The position numbers and the translations under genes are program-made. 64,000 nucleotides of DNA, from contig NC_045696.1 of assembly GCF_009834535.1 (NCBI RefSeq), forward strand, positions 8,434,001 to 8,498,000, read 5' to 3'. This document shows, piece after piece, positions 53,508 through 64,000 of the stretch. The notes beneath the pieces were generated by a model that saw only the letters and a program-made list of their open reading frames with translations, ran no database searches and was not told the origin of the DNA. The DNA is from Camelus ferus. Taxonomy: Eukaryota. Positions within the stretch are counted from its first letter, which is position 1, and the number at the start of each line of letters is the position of its first letter.

Positions 53508-53745
53508 TTTTTTAAAATTGAAGTATAGTCGATTTACAATGTTGTGTTAATTTTTGGTGTACAGCATAGTGATTCATTTATACACATATATATTCCTTTT
53601 TATATTCTTTTTCATTATGGGCTATTGCAAGGTATTGAATATAGTTCCCTGTGCTATACAGTAGGACCTTGTTGTTTATCTATTTTATAGATAGTAGTTT
53701 GTATCTGCAAATCCAGAACTCCCAATTTATCCTTCCCCACCCCGC
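53508..53745 (-). mobile_element. Young L1 3' end, ~240 bp
   Basis: AATTGAAGTATAGTCGATTTACAATG...CCCAATTTATCCTTCCCCACCCC. TSD GG(C/T)TCATCTTTCTT at 53494-53507 and 53746-53759. Confidence 0.92.
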
Positions 53746-53873
53746 GGTTCATCTTTCTTGATTATCAGGCTCAGAAGCTTCTCAGGCGACATGAGAGTGA
53801 CCCCGGGCTCTCTGAGGTGCCCTCATGTCCTATAGCCTCTCACTCTGAATTTTATACTTGTCAATTGTCTCTA

Positions 53874-54377
53874 TGTCTATTAGTTTTCTATGGCTGCTCT
53901 AACAAATTACTACAAATTTAGTGGCTTAAAATAACATGCATTTTTTATCGTACAGTTCTGTAGGTCAGGAGTCCGACCTGGGTCTCACTGGGCTAAAATG
54001 AAGGTTTCGCCAGGGCTGCATTTCTTTCTGAAGGCTTTAAGGAAGAATTCATTTCCTTGCCTTCTCCAGCTTCTCCAGGCCACCCACAATCCTTGGCCCA
54101 TGGTCTCTTCCTAAATCTTCAAGCCGTCAGCGTTGCAGCTCTCAGATCCCTCTTCCATAGTCAGATCTCCCTCTGACCTGAACTTCCAGGCAGATTTCTT
54201 AGTTTTTAAGGATTCATGTGATTAGCTGGGTCCACCCAGATAATCCAGGCTAGCAATCTTTGCGTCTGAGATTCCTTAGCTTATTCACATCTGCAAAGTC
54301 CTTTTTACCATGTAAGTTTCCTGGGTTCTGCAGACTAGGGTGGGGACATCCTTGAGAAGGGCGTTATTCTGCTGATC
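53874..54377 (-). mobile_element. MLT1D-like MaLR solo LTR
   Basis: TATTAGTTTTCTATGGCTGCTCTAACAAATTACTACAAATTTAGTGGCTTAAAA...GGTCTCACTGGGCTAAAAT...CACATCTGCAAAGTCCTTTT. Confidence 0.88.
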
Positions 54378-54419
54378 GTGGTATTTTATGTCAGACAATT
54401 CCGAACGTCATCTTCAAGT

Positions 54420-54612
54420 CTGGGATTGCCATGGATTGGGTGCACTCAGAGGTCAACTCTGAACAGACGTTGGCTTGTAGGATGTTGGCTAAGGAGGGTC
54501 CTTGGAAGCAACACCTATGACAGGGATGGAGGGGGAGGAGGCAGGAGTGAACAGGACAAGGGCAGAGTTACAGCCTAGTCAGTCCCACAGGGAACTCTGG
54601 AGCTAGAATGAT
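54420..54612 (-). mobile_element. LTR33-like (ERVL) fragment
   Basis: CAACACCTATGA...GCAGGAGT...CCCACAGGGAACTCTGGAGCTAGAATG. Confidence 0.55.
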
Positions 54613-54741
54613 CGATTGAGTTGGAGATGATCTTAGAGTAAAGACACTGACGGCAACCCAGCTAGGAAATTGTAGAGTTGGAATTCCACCTCGTATTGTT
54701 TGCATATATAACCTGCATCCTAAAGCAGTTACCCTCCAGGA

Positions 54742-54955
54742 CAGAGGTTAGTGAACTTTTTCTGTGAAGAGCCTGATAATCTACAGTCTTGGTTTTGATT
54801 TCCACATGGTCTCACTCTCAACTACTTGACTCCACCCTTGTGATGCCATAGACAATCCATAAAAGGACGGCAGCATCGTATTCCAATGGAACTTTATTTA
54901 CAAAAGCAGGTGGCTGGCTGGACTTGGCCCCCAGGCTGCAGTTCACCGACCCCTG
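54742..54955 (-). mobile_element. MER58A
   Basis: CAGAGGTTAGTGAACTTTTTCTGT...AACTTTATTTACAAAAGCAGGTGG...GTTCACCGACCCCTG. Confidence 0.85.
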
Positions 54956-54997
54956 CTCTCTGATGTCATCAGGTCGAGCGCGTACCATAGGCTGAGT

Positions 54998-55185
54998 TAG
55001 TGGTTCTCACAGTTGGGTGTCCATCACAGTGACCTGGAGGATTTGTCAAAAAACAGGTGGCTCAACTGCACCTCCCAAATTTTGATTCAGCAGCTCTGGG
55101 GTGGAACCCTAGAACTTTTAGTTTCCACAAGGTCCCAGGTGGAGCTGACGCCGCTGGTCCAGAGACCACACTTTGAGAACCACTG
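54998..55185. mobile_element. MER5A
   Basis: TAGTGGTTCTCA...GATTCAGCAGCTCTGGGGTGG...GACCACACTTTGAGAACCACTG, ~188 bp. Confidence 0.88.
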
Positions 55186-55559
55186 GCTTACATTCACAGT
55201 CATGAATGAGAGGCAGTGATGCCTTCCTCCAAGGAAAGTCTTGACGTCATCCTTCAATAAAACGGTAATGCACAGTTACTTTATGAGTGTGTAACTAAAG
55301 GGCACACTGCTTAAATGGACTCCTTTTTTCAGGTCTCTGGTAGAGGAGGAGCCAATGCTTTCTCAAATTATATAATTTAAGGGATGTCAGAAATGGCTTC
55401 CCTAAAATGTTCTCTATAATCTATTGCATGAATTAGTGCTTGAATTTCTAGCACGGCCAGTCCTCCAGGAATGCAAACTCCTTTTTTTTGAAATGCTAAT
55501 TCCTTTTTTGAAATGCAAATATCCTGGATGAAGAGAAACAACTTGAAGGGGAGAATAAG

Positions 55560-55735
55560 GTTTAGAGTTGAGAGACCACCTACTAGCTTAGGGGTCATGG
55601 GCAGGCTTTTTCCTGTCTGAGCTCCTATTTCCTAATCTGTAAAATGGGAATGATATTTATTATTTCACAAATTGTTATAAAAATCAAAGCAATTTAGTGA
55701 GACAATGCATCTAAAAATACTCTTACTAGTCATAT
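55560..55735 (+). mobile_element. MIR SINE
   Basis: TTTCCTAATCTGTAAAATGGGAATGATA...TGAGACAATGCAT. Confidence 0.7.
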
Positions 55736-55956
55736 ATTTGTTTAAACTGGTCCTTAAATTTTTTTCCCTCTGGGACAGGAAGGCTGGAGGTGACACTACG
55801 CAGTCATATCTTAGACAGAGAGGGTGCTGTGTCAGTGAGGATAAGGACAAAAGCAGGGTGGGCAGGGAGGTTGCTAAGAACAAACTACTTATTTTATAAT
55901 ATCTAAAACATAACACATAATAATGTCTAGGCTAGCCTTTGTTTTAGACAAACTAG

Positions 55957-56440
55957 GTATATCAGTTAGCTATTGCTGCATTGTGAACACCCCCAAAATT
56001 AGAAGGCTTAAAGCAACAACCATTTATTTCGCTCATGGTTCTGATAGGTGGCTCTTTTGGTCTGATTTGAACTTGGCTGATCTTGGCTGGGCTTACGAGT
56101 CTGTGGTCATTTGGCGGGTCAGCTAGGAGGTAGCTGGTCCCAGAGGGCTCATTCGCATATTTCTTTGGCTAGGGGTTGGTATGATGTGGTGTCTATGCCA
56201 AAAGTTCCTCATCTTTCAATAGGTTAGAGGGGTCTGCTCACGTGGTGGCAGTGTTGTTAAAAGAGCAGACGAAAGCTACAGGGTATTTAAGGACTAAGCT
56301 TAGAAGTGGCCCGGTGTCACATCTGCTGCCTTCTATTTGTTAAAGCGAGTCACATGGCCAGGTTAAAGGGGCGGGGAAATGGCCTTCGCCCTTGGTGGGA
56401 GTGGCTACAAAGGTTTTGAACCGTATTTGAAATCTACCGT
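55957..56440 (-). mobile_element. MLT1H-like MaLR solo LTR
   Basis: TCAGTTAGCTATTGCTGC...GGCTTAAAGCAACAACCATTTATT...AAAGCGAGTCACATGGCCA...AATCTACC. Confidence 0.8.
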
Positions 56441-56649
56441 AGCAGGTGCAAACTCTTCAAGGACTTCGTCTGCTTTTAGGGTTTACTGCTTCAGGTTTTT
56501 GTTAGTCAAATTTCAAAGCTCAAAATAAGCTCAGAGTCACCTAGCACACCCCATACGTGCCAGTATTCTTATTTTGGTTTATAAAAGAAAGTATATGAAG
56601 TTTGTAAAAACCACAAAGAATTTCCTAACTCCATGACTTTATCTTTCCC

Positions 56650-56795
56650 ATGTTGGAGTTGAAAGATCTTTAGGAAATTATGGTCCAGAGAGGCAGTGAA
56701 TCATCTTGGGAAACCCAGCTGGTTACTGGCAGAGTTGGGAGCAGAACCTACATGGCCAAGTTGCAGACCCAAGGTTTTTCCATCATTCCATGCTG
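56650..56795 (-). mobile_element. MIR fragment
   Basis: GGAAATTATGGTCCAGAGAGG...CAGCTGGTTACTGGCAGAGTTGGGAGCAGAACC. Confidence 0.55.
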
Positions 56796-58069
56796 TTTCC
56801 ATCACAGATGCTCTGTTCAGAGGCCCCTGCCGCCAGGGGATATACCCACAGAGCTGAGAGAGGAGGTCAGTTGGAATGCTGCAAAATATTAGTCACTCCT
56901 ATCAGAACAGGAAGTTGAGTGGGGGAGGGCATCCTCGTTCCTCCTGTTTGAAGAACACAGCTGTGTCTTTCAAGGCATTTTTGAGGATGTGTTAATAATA
57001 CTACTGCTTGCCTAGCTCTTGGCTGGGCATGTCTACGCTACCTACTAAGCAGGTGACAACATTTTCCTTGGTGGAAAGTGCATGAGGTAACGATATTTTC
57101 CCCATACACTCACCAACAACACTGTCCCTGTCCAAGATATGGCCTTGAGTTAGCTCATGCTCTGTCGGTGGGGGCACAGTCACACCTCTCCCAGTCACCT
57201 CATGTTGATTTTAAGCTACTGAAACTACTCTTTGTGTTGCTGGGTGACTATTAACCATATTTGACAAAAAGAATGTTTTCCGTGTTCTGGTAAGGAAATC
57301 CTCCGTCAGGATAAACAGCTCGTTCCCTCCTCTCCTCCAGTTTGGGTCTTGCCAGGAAGGTCTAAATAGGTTCTCTGTAGTCATTTTCTTTTCAATATTT
57401 CACACTGCAGTTCAGTAACAAGCGAAAAGCCAGAAAAGGTAACTTTTGCTGAAAGACCACAGAACTCAGAGCGAGAGAGCTATTTTAGGTTGGGATGTCC
57501 TGCCCCCGGCCTCTTTTAGACATTGTGTATCAAGGGAAATGTCCTTTCTCTCTCCCTCCCTTTTCTATCATTTTTCTATGAAATTAATTTAATAAACATG
57601 CTTACTTTGTGAATTTTCGTGAATGTAATTTTCTACTGAAATGTTTACCTCTTCCATTTTTCTGTTCTAAATTACTTTATGAAATATTGGGTTTACCTGT
57701 GAGCTGAAATCTACACTTAATCCTTTATATGATGATACTTAATCCTGAACGATGTGGAGACGACTGACTTATTCAAACCGGCTCCTTGGTCCAGAGAAAT
57801 CTTTCTGTTACAGCACGCAGATGTTACGGCCCCCGGGGTGGGTGGAGCTCCCCCATGTTGCTGCAGAAGATGGGCTGAGCTCCATACACAGGTGGTGCTT
57901 CTACCAATGCGAAAACAAGTTCAGGGCTCACTCAGGCATAGATGGGCTACCATCCTCATTCCAGTGTTTTCCTCCCTCCACCCCTTCCACCTTTTGTGGT
58001 TTCTTTTTTTCTTCACAAGGGCCATTGATGTTGATTTTCCCTTTGAGGCACAACAATATAAAAATTGAG

Positions 58070-58212
58070 GTGGTGGTAGGGGGAAGGTGTAGCTCAGTGG
58101 TAGAGTACCTGCTTAGCATGCACAAGATCCTGGGTTCAATCCCCAGTACCTCCATTAAAAAACAAACAAACAAATAAATAAACCTAATTACCTCCCCCCT
58201 AAAAAAGAGAAA
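58070..58212 (+). mobile_element. tRNA-Ala(AGC)-derived camelid SINE, long form
   Basis: GGTGTAGCTCAGTGGTAGAG (A box)...TGCTTAGCATGCA...GGGTTCAATCCCC (B box), A-rich linker, AAACCTAATTACCTCCCC and A tail. TSD AAAAATTGAG at 58060-58069 and 58213-58222. Confidence 0.93.
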
Positions 58213-58930
58213 AAAAATTGAGTGAGAGGGTGTGTGTGTGATGGCAGAGGGGTGCAGTCTTTTGCCTCAGGGTCCCCACATCTGGAGAGAAGCCCTTCCC
58301 ACATATCCTTGCTTTTTGAGGAGGGCTAAATTCTCTGCTGCCCTGGCTCAGTGTGCACAGTGAGTTCCATAGTTGAAATTTGATTTGGAAGCTAAGGGTG
58401 GCTGTAGGAAATCACTGGAGCCTGATCAGGAAGTGAGTTTGACTTCCGGGTCAGGAGTATCGTGAATCCTTAGGGCCCCGTAGTGTTTCCCCTCCTGACT
58501 CTGCACATCTTAGGGGTGGAGCCTTGAGACTCCAGCTGCCCGGGTCTGTTCTCAGTCTGTCTGTTTTCCCATAGTATTTGTTGGGACCCATTTTGGGTTT
58601 CCCTAAGGCCCAGGAAGGCATGGAATTCCGAGTTACCGTCCTGGGTGCCCACAATCACAGCTGAGTGTGGGTGGCTAGAGGAGGAAACTCAGCAGTTGAA
58701 AATCATTTTGATTTCCTTGACAATAAACACCAAGGAGACAGAAACACACCGTTAAGACCGGAAGAGGAGGGGAAGTGGCCCTGTTCTCTCTCCTCTCATC
58801 ACAGTCATTCTTTCGTTTAAGGAAGAGAATGAGAACTTATTCTCTGTAATAGGGATAGTGCTGGGTGGATGGGCTTCAAGCCTGGAGGCATCTTCCATCT
58901 ACATTGTCTTCCCAGAAGCTCAATTTAGGG

Positions 58931-58960
58931 GTGTGTGTGTGTGTGTGCGCGCACGCACGC
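58931..58960 (+). repeat. (GT)n-(GC)n-(GCAC)n alternating purine-pyrimidine tract
   Basis: GTGTGTGTGTGTGTGTGCGCGCACGCACGC. Confidence 0.9.
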
Positions 58961-60589
58961 TAACATACATGCATACCTACTTTATTATCATTGTCATAAT
59001 TGTTTGCATCTGTCCTCTACAACCCTAACACCTTACTTTAAGGCCATTTTCACATTGTACTTAGTCCTAAGCTAGAAAATTTAAATGAATTTCTAGTAGC
59101 CACCCCTCCCCCACCCTATCATGCTCCCTTTATACCAGTTGCACGAGTTCGTTCGGTCTTTCATTAAGACAGTGATGCATTGCTGGAAGATCACGGAATG
59201 GGAGCAGTGAGAAGTGTTAGGACCCTGGGGTTATAATCTCTGCTCTGTCTCAGTTATTTTACTCATAAAATACAGGATTACAGGGTGGGAGGATTAGACG
59301 CCCTTTAATTTCCCTTCCTGTACTAAGTTTCAATGACTCCACCCTCCTCCTTTCCCCCACAACCTTCAGCAGCCAACTCTTCCCTGGAGGCTCTGATGCA
59401 GATGCATTTGTTGACTCTTGTGTCCCTCCCAGTGAGGCCCAGGTCTGTTGCATAGCCCTGCCACCTCCTGTACATGGAGCCTCCTGGACAGCCAGGTCTA
59501 CCAGTCTACTGACCTTTCCCCACCTCCCTTCCTCTCTCTGTTTGCTCGTAAATTCTTCCTATTTACAATGCCACACCTATGCCTGGACTTACTTGTCTTC
59601 CCAAGGCTATGTCCTCCAGGAAGCTTTCTCTCTTTTCACACAACTGACTTAACTGTCCTTTCTCTGAAATCCCATCTCGCAGAGACTGACTCTTTCATTG
59701 TCATATATACAAATGCACACGCACACACCTGTATATGTATGCATTTATATATCCATATCTCTCTATATTGTAATTATGAATTGTATACCCAACCATTATT
59801 ATACCTAGAGTGTATGACATGAAAAATAGTTCAAGAATGGGTATTCACAATTGCTTCCTTGCTTAGAAAGATTCCTGGAAGAATTCTGTTTATTTCAGGT
59901 CAGCACACAAGCCTTTGTTGGACAGAATGTGAGTGACAGGCAAGGGAAAACGTCTTCATTGAATTATGTTAGAAAGTTACATATAGAAGTGAATACATCT
60001 GATCAAATGTTGAAAAATGTAAGCTCCACAAGATCAGGAATTTTGCTTGACCTGCCCTCCAATTTATCCTGCTTCTTGAAATGTTTGGCACACATATTTG
60101 TCGAAAGGATGAGTGACAATGGATCATACTGGGTAAGCTTGGGGGTGGTGATGGCAGGAGGGATTCTAGAAGTTTGGAGAGAGGTGGGAGATGCCTTTGT
60201 GTAAGGGAGCTTTTAAGATGTGAAAAGAAGACTTTAGGGGAGTTGTGAATGAACCCTTCATTGACTTTTTTTTTAATGGTCAAGATTAAAAAGATCTTGA
60301 CAAAGATTCCTGAGATGTTGGGTGGATGTTTCACTGAACAAGGTAGCATCGTGTAATACCTTGCAAGGCTGCCATGCATATATTAAGTTCTGTACTGTTT
60401 GCTGGATAAATGGACCATCTTCCAGCCTTCCCTGAGGCAGGGTGTGCTACTCGGAACCTGGTTTACTTTGCATGTGGTGCCGGCTTCCATATGGCCGTAG
60501 ATGGATTTATAGCCAGGTGGCAGCCTTAAGTGTGTTTGTAGTCGATTAAAGGGAGGCTAAAGGGGGAGTTTCTATGAATGTGTACCTAC

Positions 60590-61070
60590 CAGCTGTGAGT
60601 GATGAAAAGCCACGTAAACTAGCTTAGGCAAAAAAAAGAAAAGAAAAGAAAAGAAATTTGTTGAATAGTTGCTGAGATGTCTTATGGTACCAAAGATAAG
60701 AACTAGGCTGGGTCTCAAGAGTAACCTCAGGGATTCTCTTCTCCTTTTCCACCTGGATTTGCTCCTCCTTCTATCCTTCTCCCCATAGACTGGATTTTCT
60801 TGTCTTAGCTTCTTTGATGCATAGGGTGAGAAATGGGAGAAAATGGTCTCTCTTTTTGTAAATTATACTGTTTCTTAGGGGACCTTTCCAATTGGCCTGA
60901 AAGTTGACCACAGAAGGGCATGACTTCATATTCACAGCTCCTTCTCCAGCAGCCACATGGATGGAGTGGGGAAAAGGAGGAGATTCCCCAGAAAGGAGGT
61001 GCGGGTCCCCCCTTGAGAGTGTATTAGATGAGTGGATGGAACAGGAGGGGTCCCCTTCCTTGCACACACT
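60590..61070 (-). mobile_element. Possible old MaLR LTR remnant (MLT1K/L-like)
   Basis: AAACTAGCTTAGGCAAAAAA...AATTTGTTG and GGAGATTCCCCAGAAAGGA resemble old MLT1 antisense. Confidence 0.4.
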
Positions 61071-61504
61071 TTCACTGCCACAGCAGAAACGCCCCACCAT
61101 GCAGGCTCAATGATGTGAAGTTGGTGGAATCATCTTCCTAGAGGACTGAGCTAATTCCCAGGTGCTGTGGCTCAGTGGCTATTTTGGATCCTTCCAGTCA
61201 CTTGTTCTGTTGTGGTTGGTGACTGACATTCTGCTTGGAATGAGTGAGTCCTGGAAGATTCAGTCCACACCTTGTGGGGGGACCCTAGGAAGCGAGAGAA
61301 TCTCACCTGATAAAAACTTAATGGTCTGCAATTTGTGAAAAGTAAGAAGGGGCATAACAGTGAAGGTGGCTTTTTTCTTGTGTTTCAATCAAGGATTCAG
61401 AATTTAAGAGGTCAAAAATATTTTGTATAGTAAAGTACTTATTTAAGGCCGGATGTATACACAAAGGACTGCTCTCTAGATGAAAGAGAAACATAATTTT
61501 TTGT

Positions 61505-61985
61505 ACCTCATTTGTTCATCTCTTCATTCATTTTGCAAATTTGTGTTGAGTTCTGACCATGGTAGGTGCTGGGGGTCCAGTGGTGAACAAGACCATCGTA
61601 GGCGCTGCCCTCTGGGAGCTTGTAGTCTTGTGGGACATAGAGACATCAAGACAAGCAGCACCAGGTGTGACACGGCCTTCCAACCAGAAAGCCGAGGGAG
61701 CGTGGGGGCCTCTAATAGGACCAGACGAGAGGTTCTGGTAAGACATCTTTGAGAAAATGGCCTTTAATATGAAGGTTGCATTTGGGGACTTGAGGACATC
61801 AGATGAGGGTTCCAAGGAGTGGGGCTGGCAAGTTCCAGCCTCATAGAGGAATTGTGTAGTCCCTCTGAGAGTTGAAAAAGTCCGCTTGGTGGCAGTGAGG
61901 AGAGGAAGGGAGGTGGGCGGGGCCGAGGCTGTGTGTAAGGATTTGGGCTTTATCCCTAAGGCTCTGGGAAACCATTGAAGTAAAC
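61505..61985 (-). mobile_element. L2 3' portion
   Basis: TTCATTCATTT...CAGTGGTGAACAAGAC...CTGCCCTCTGGGAGCTTGTAGTCT...GTAAGGATTTGGGCTTTATCCCTAAG. Confidence 0.75.
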
Positions 61986-62013
61986 TGTATTATGTGAATC
62001 CTGTGAATTCTGT

Positions 62014-62271
62014 GATATTAGTTTTCTAGGGCTGCTGTAATACATTGCCACATGCTCGGTGGCTACTCAGTTCTAGAGGTTAGAAGTCCAAACTGGGTCT
62101 TACTGGACTAAACTCAAAGTGTTGGTGAGCTGTGTTCTTTCTGGAAGCTCTAGGTGAGAATCCTTTCTCTTGCCCTTTTTCAGCTTTTAGAGGCTGTCTG
62201 CATTCCTTAGCTCGTGTCCCCCTTTCATTAGGGTGGGGACATTTTGGGGGCCCATGATTCCTCCAGCCACA
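62014..62271 (-). mobile_element. Internally deleted MLT1D-like LTR
   Basis: TATTAGTTTTCTAGGGCTGCTGTAA...AGAAGTCCAAA...CAGCTTTTAGAGGCTG, joined directly to TAGGGTGGGGACATTTTGGGGGCC...CCACA. Confidence 0.8.
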
Positions 62272-62309
62272 AAGACTAAGCCTGGAGGCGACACGATCTG
62301 ACCGGTGTG

Positions 62310-62428
62310 CACTCCATGAATACAGGGGCCATGACTCTTTTGCTCACCACTGTCTACCCTGTGCTTGCTTGGCATTGTTGTGCCTGGCATGTAATGACCA
62401 CTTCATAGCTTATTTGCTGAACCAATGT
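62310..62428 (+). mobile_element. L2 3' tip
   Basis: CTCCATGAATACAGGGGCCATG...TTGCTCACCACTGT...GTGCCTGGCATGTAAT...TATTTGCTGAA. Confidence 0.65.
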
Positions 62429-62434
62429 GGAAAA

Positions 62435-62945
62435 AGATATTTAAGAACTTCCAGCTGCAGAGGAAAGAAAGGGTTGAATTGGGGCAAGAATGGATGCAAA
62501 GAGACCAGGAGGAAAGTTACTGGGGAAGAAAGATCAGAGTTGGACAAGGTGGTATCAGTGAATGGATCTGAGAGGAAGGTAGAAGTCCAACAAGACTTGG
62601 AGGTTGATCGCACATGAGGGTGGGTGATACTCAGATGGAGGAAGGTGGTCCTGTGCGACTGATACAGGGAACCTGGAGGAGAAGCAGGTTCAGATGAGCT
62701 GATAAGGATAGAGTGAGATGGACTGTGTGTGAGGTCCCTGAGGTTGAGATACTTAAGTGTCCATCTCTAACAGGCAGTGGCAAATATGAGTCTGAGGCCC
62801 AGGAGAGAGGTTGAGGCTGGAGTTTAAGATTTGGATGTCATCCCAGCATCTCAGTAGTTGTTCGTGGAAGTCACGGACTTAGATGTTGTCATGTAGAGGA
62901 AGATTATAAATGGGGAAGGGGAGAGAGCCCGGAGTAAGTCCTGAA
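62435..62945 (-). mobile_element. L2, probable continuation of the 61505-61985 element
   Basis: GGGGCAAGAATGGATGCAAAGAGACCAG...GGAGGAGAAGCAGGTT...CAGGAGAGAGGTTGAGGCTGGAG...GATTTGGATGTCAT. Confidence 0.7.
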
Positions 62946-64000
62946 TCACTGTTTCACAAAATCTGTTTCTCATTCCAGTATCACTGTTCCATGTGGTTGA
63001 GACTAAGACTTGGGAAAGGGTCATTGTTTGTGTTACGTGTTTTCACCCTCACACTGTTTTTAATGAACATTTCTTATTAGGATGAACCCTGGGGGGTTGG
63101 CATGGAATGTGGAAATCGCATATTTTTAGAAAACCCACTTAGAGATTGCTTGCACTGAAGTCCTTTGTATGAGATTTGGAATCTGGGTTCAGTTAGGTGC
63201 CGACTTAGCAACGTATGAGTGGAGAGTGTGGTAGGTGCCTCAGAACCTACCTGTAATGTAATGTAATCTGTACTGTCTAAACAGGCGCCCTCGGGGATGG
63301 AGGGGACTTCGGACTATATCCATCCTCACTTTCTTTCCTTGTTTACTTTCTTACCATGAATGATAGGGCTGAGCTGGAAGCCAGGGTCTGGGTATCCTGA
63401 GGGCCCAGGCCCAGCGAGACTATTTGCCCTTAGAGTAATAGTTCTGAAGAATGGAAAGGGCCAGGAAGTGACCCAAATCCAGTGACCTTACCCTGGGAAA
63501 CTGCATGAAGCCCTGTGACCAAATCTAAACAGAACAAAAGAAGAGAGAGTGTTTAGGGCCATGGCATTTAAGGGTATAGCTGGGAGTGGACAACCTTAGC
63601 AACTCTGTTCCAGGACTTTTAAACTCTGTTTCCAGGTTGAGAGAGGCCCAGCATACTTCAAGTTGTTTTTGAGACCCTAAGCATAAAAAAACAAAACACA
63701 AACAATGGCAAAAAAGGGGGGGAAATGCCAAAACAACATTGCAAATATTCCAGAATATTGAAGTTTACATCTAACAAATTCTTTTTAACCCAAAGGCCAC
63801 AACTCAGTATATCTGCGTGAGGCACAATATATATCAAGAACCAATAAATGACAGGAGATGAGTGGTTCTAGGCGCTGGAGGCACCCAGTGGGTGGAATTC
63901 ACCCCATCGCTGGAGGAGCTCACGTGGCTGAGGGGTGGGGAGTTCACCCCAGTGCCGGGAGTTCCTTGCTCTTGCCTTCTTCCCTTGAGTCTGAAGACTT

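Noticed and set aside
58079..58154. Apparent tRNA-Ala(AGC) gene, and the four similar copies
   Set aside because: Has an A-rich tail, a TSD, stem mismatches and no oligo-T terminator. It is a SINE, not a tRNA gene.
1..64000. CRISPR arrays, operons, prokaryotic or viral inserts, miRNA and snoRNA genes
   Set aside because: No regularly spaced repeat-spacer array, no gene-dense segment and no recognised small-RNA sequence. An Rfam/Infernal search would be needed to exclude small RNAs fully.

Overview
Mammalian non-coding DNA, most likely from a camelid (camel, alpaca or llama), inferred from five tRNA-Ala(AGC)-derived Vic-1-type SINEs and six cetartiodactyl-type L1 3' ends. I recognised no protein-coding exon or functional RNA gene. 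The ORFs I could interpret are chance ORFs, microsatellite translations or decayed L1 ORF1/ORF2. A large part of the window is interspersed repeat: young and ancient L1, L2, MIR, MaLR/ERVL solo LTRs (MLT1, MLT2, MER21, LTR33) and hAT DNA transposons (MER5, MER58, Arthur1), plus microsatellites and a ~400 bp polypyrimidine tract. Family names come from remembered consensus sequences, not a database search, and boundaries of old repeats are approximate. The minus-strand bias of young L1s and LTRs suggests a large intron of a plus-strand gene. I found no convincing novel biological system. The most notable observations are a CpG-rich patch overlapping a decayed L1, three L1 copies truncated at the same G-rich point, SINE structural dimorphism, nested insertions with readable TSDs and a few weak exon and enhancer candidates.
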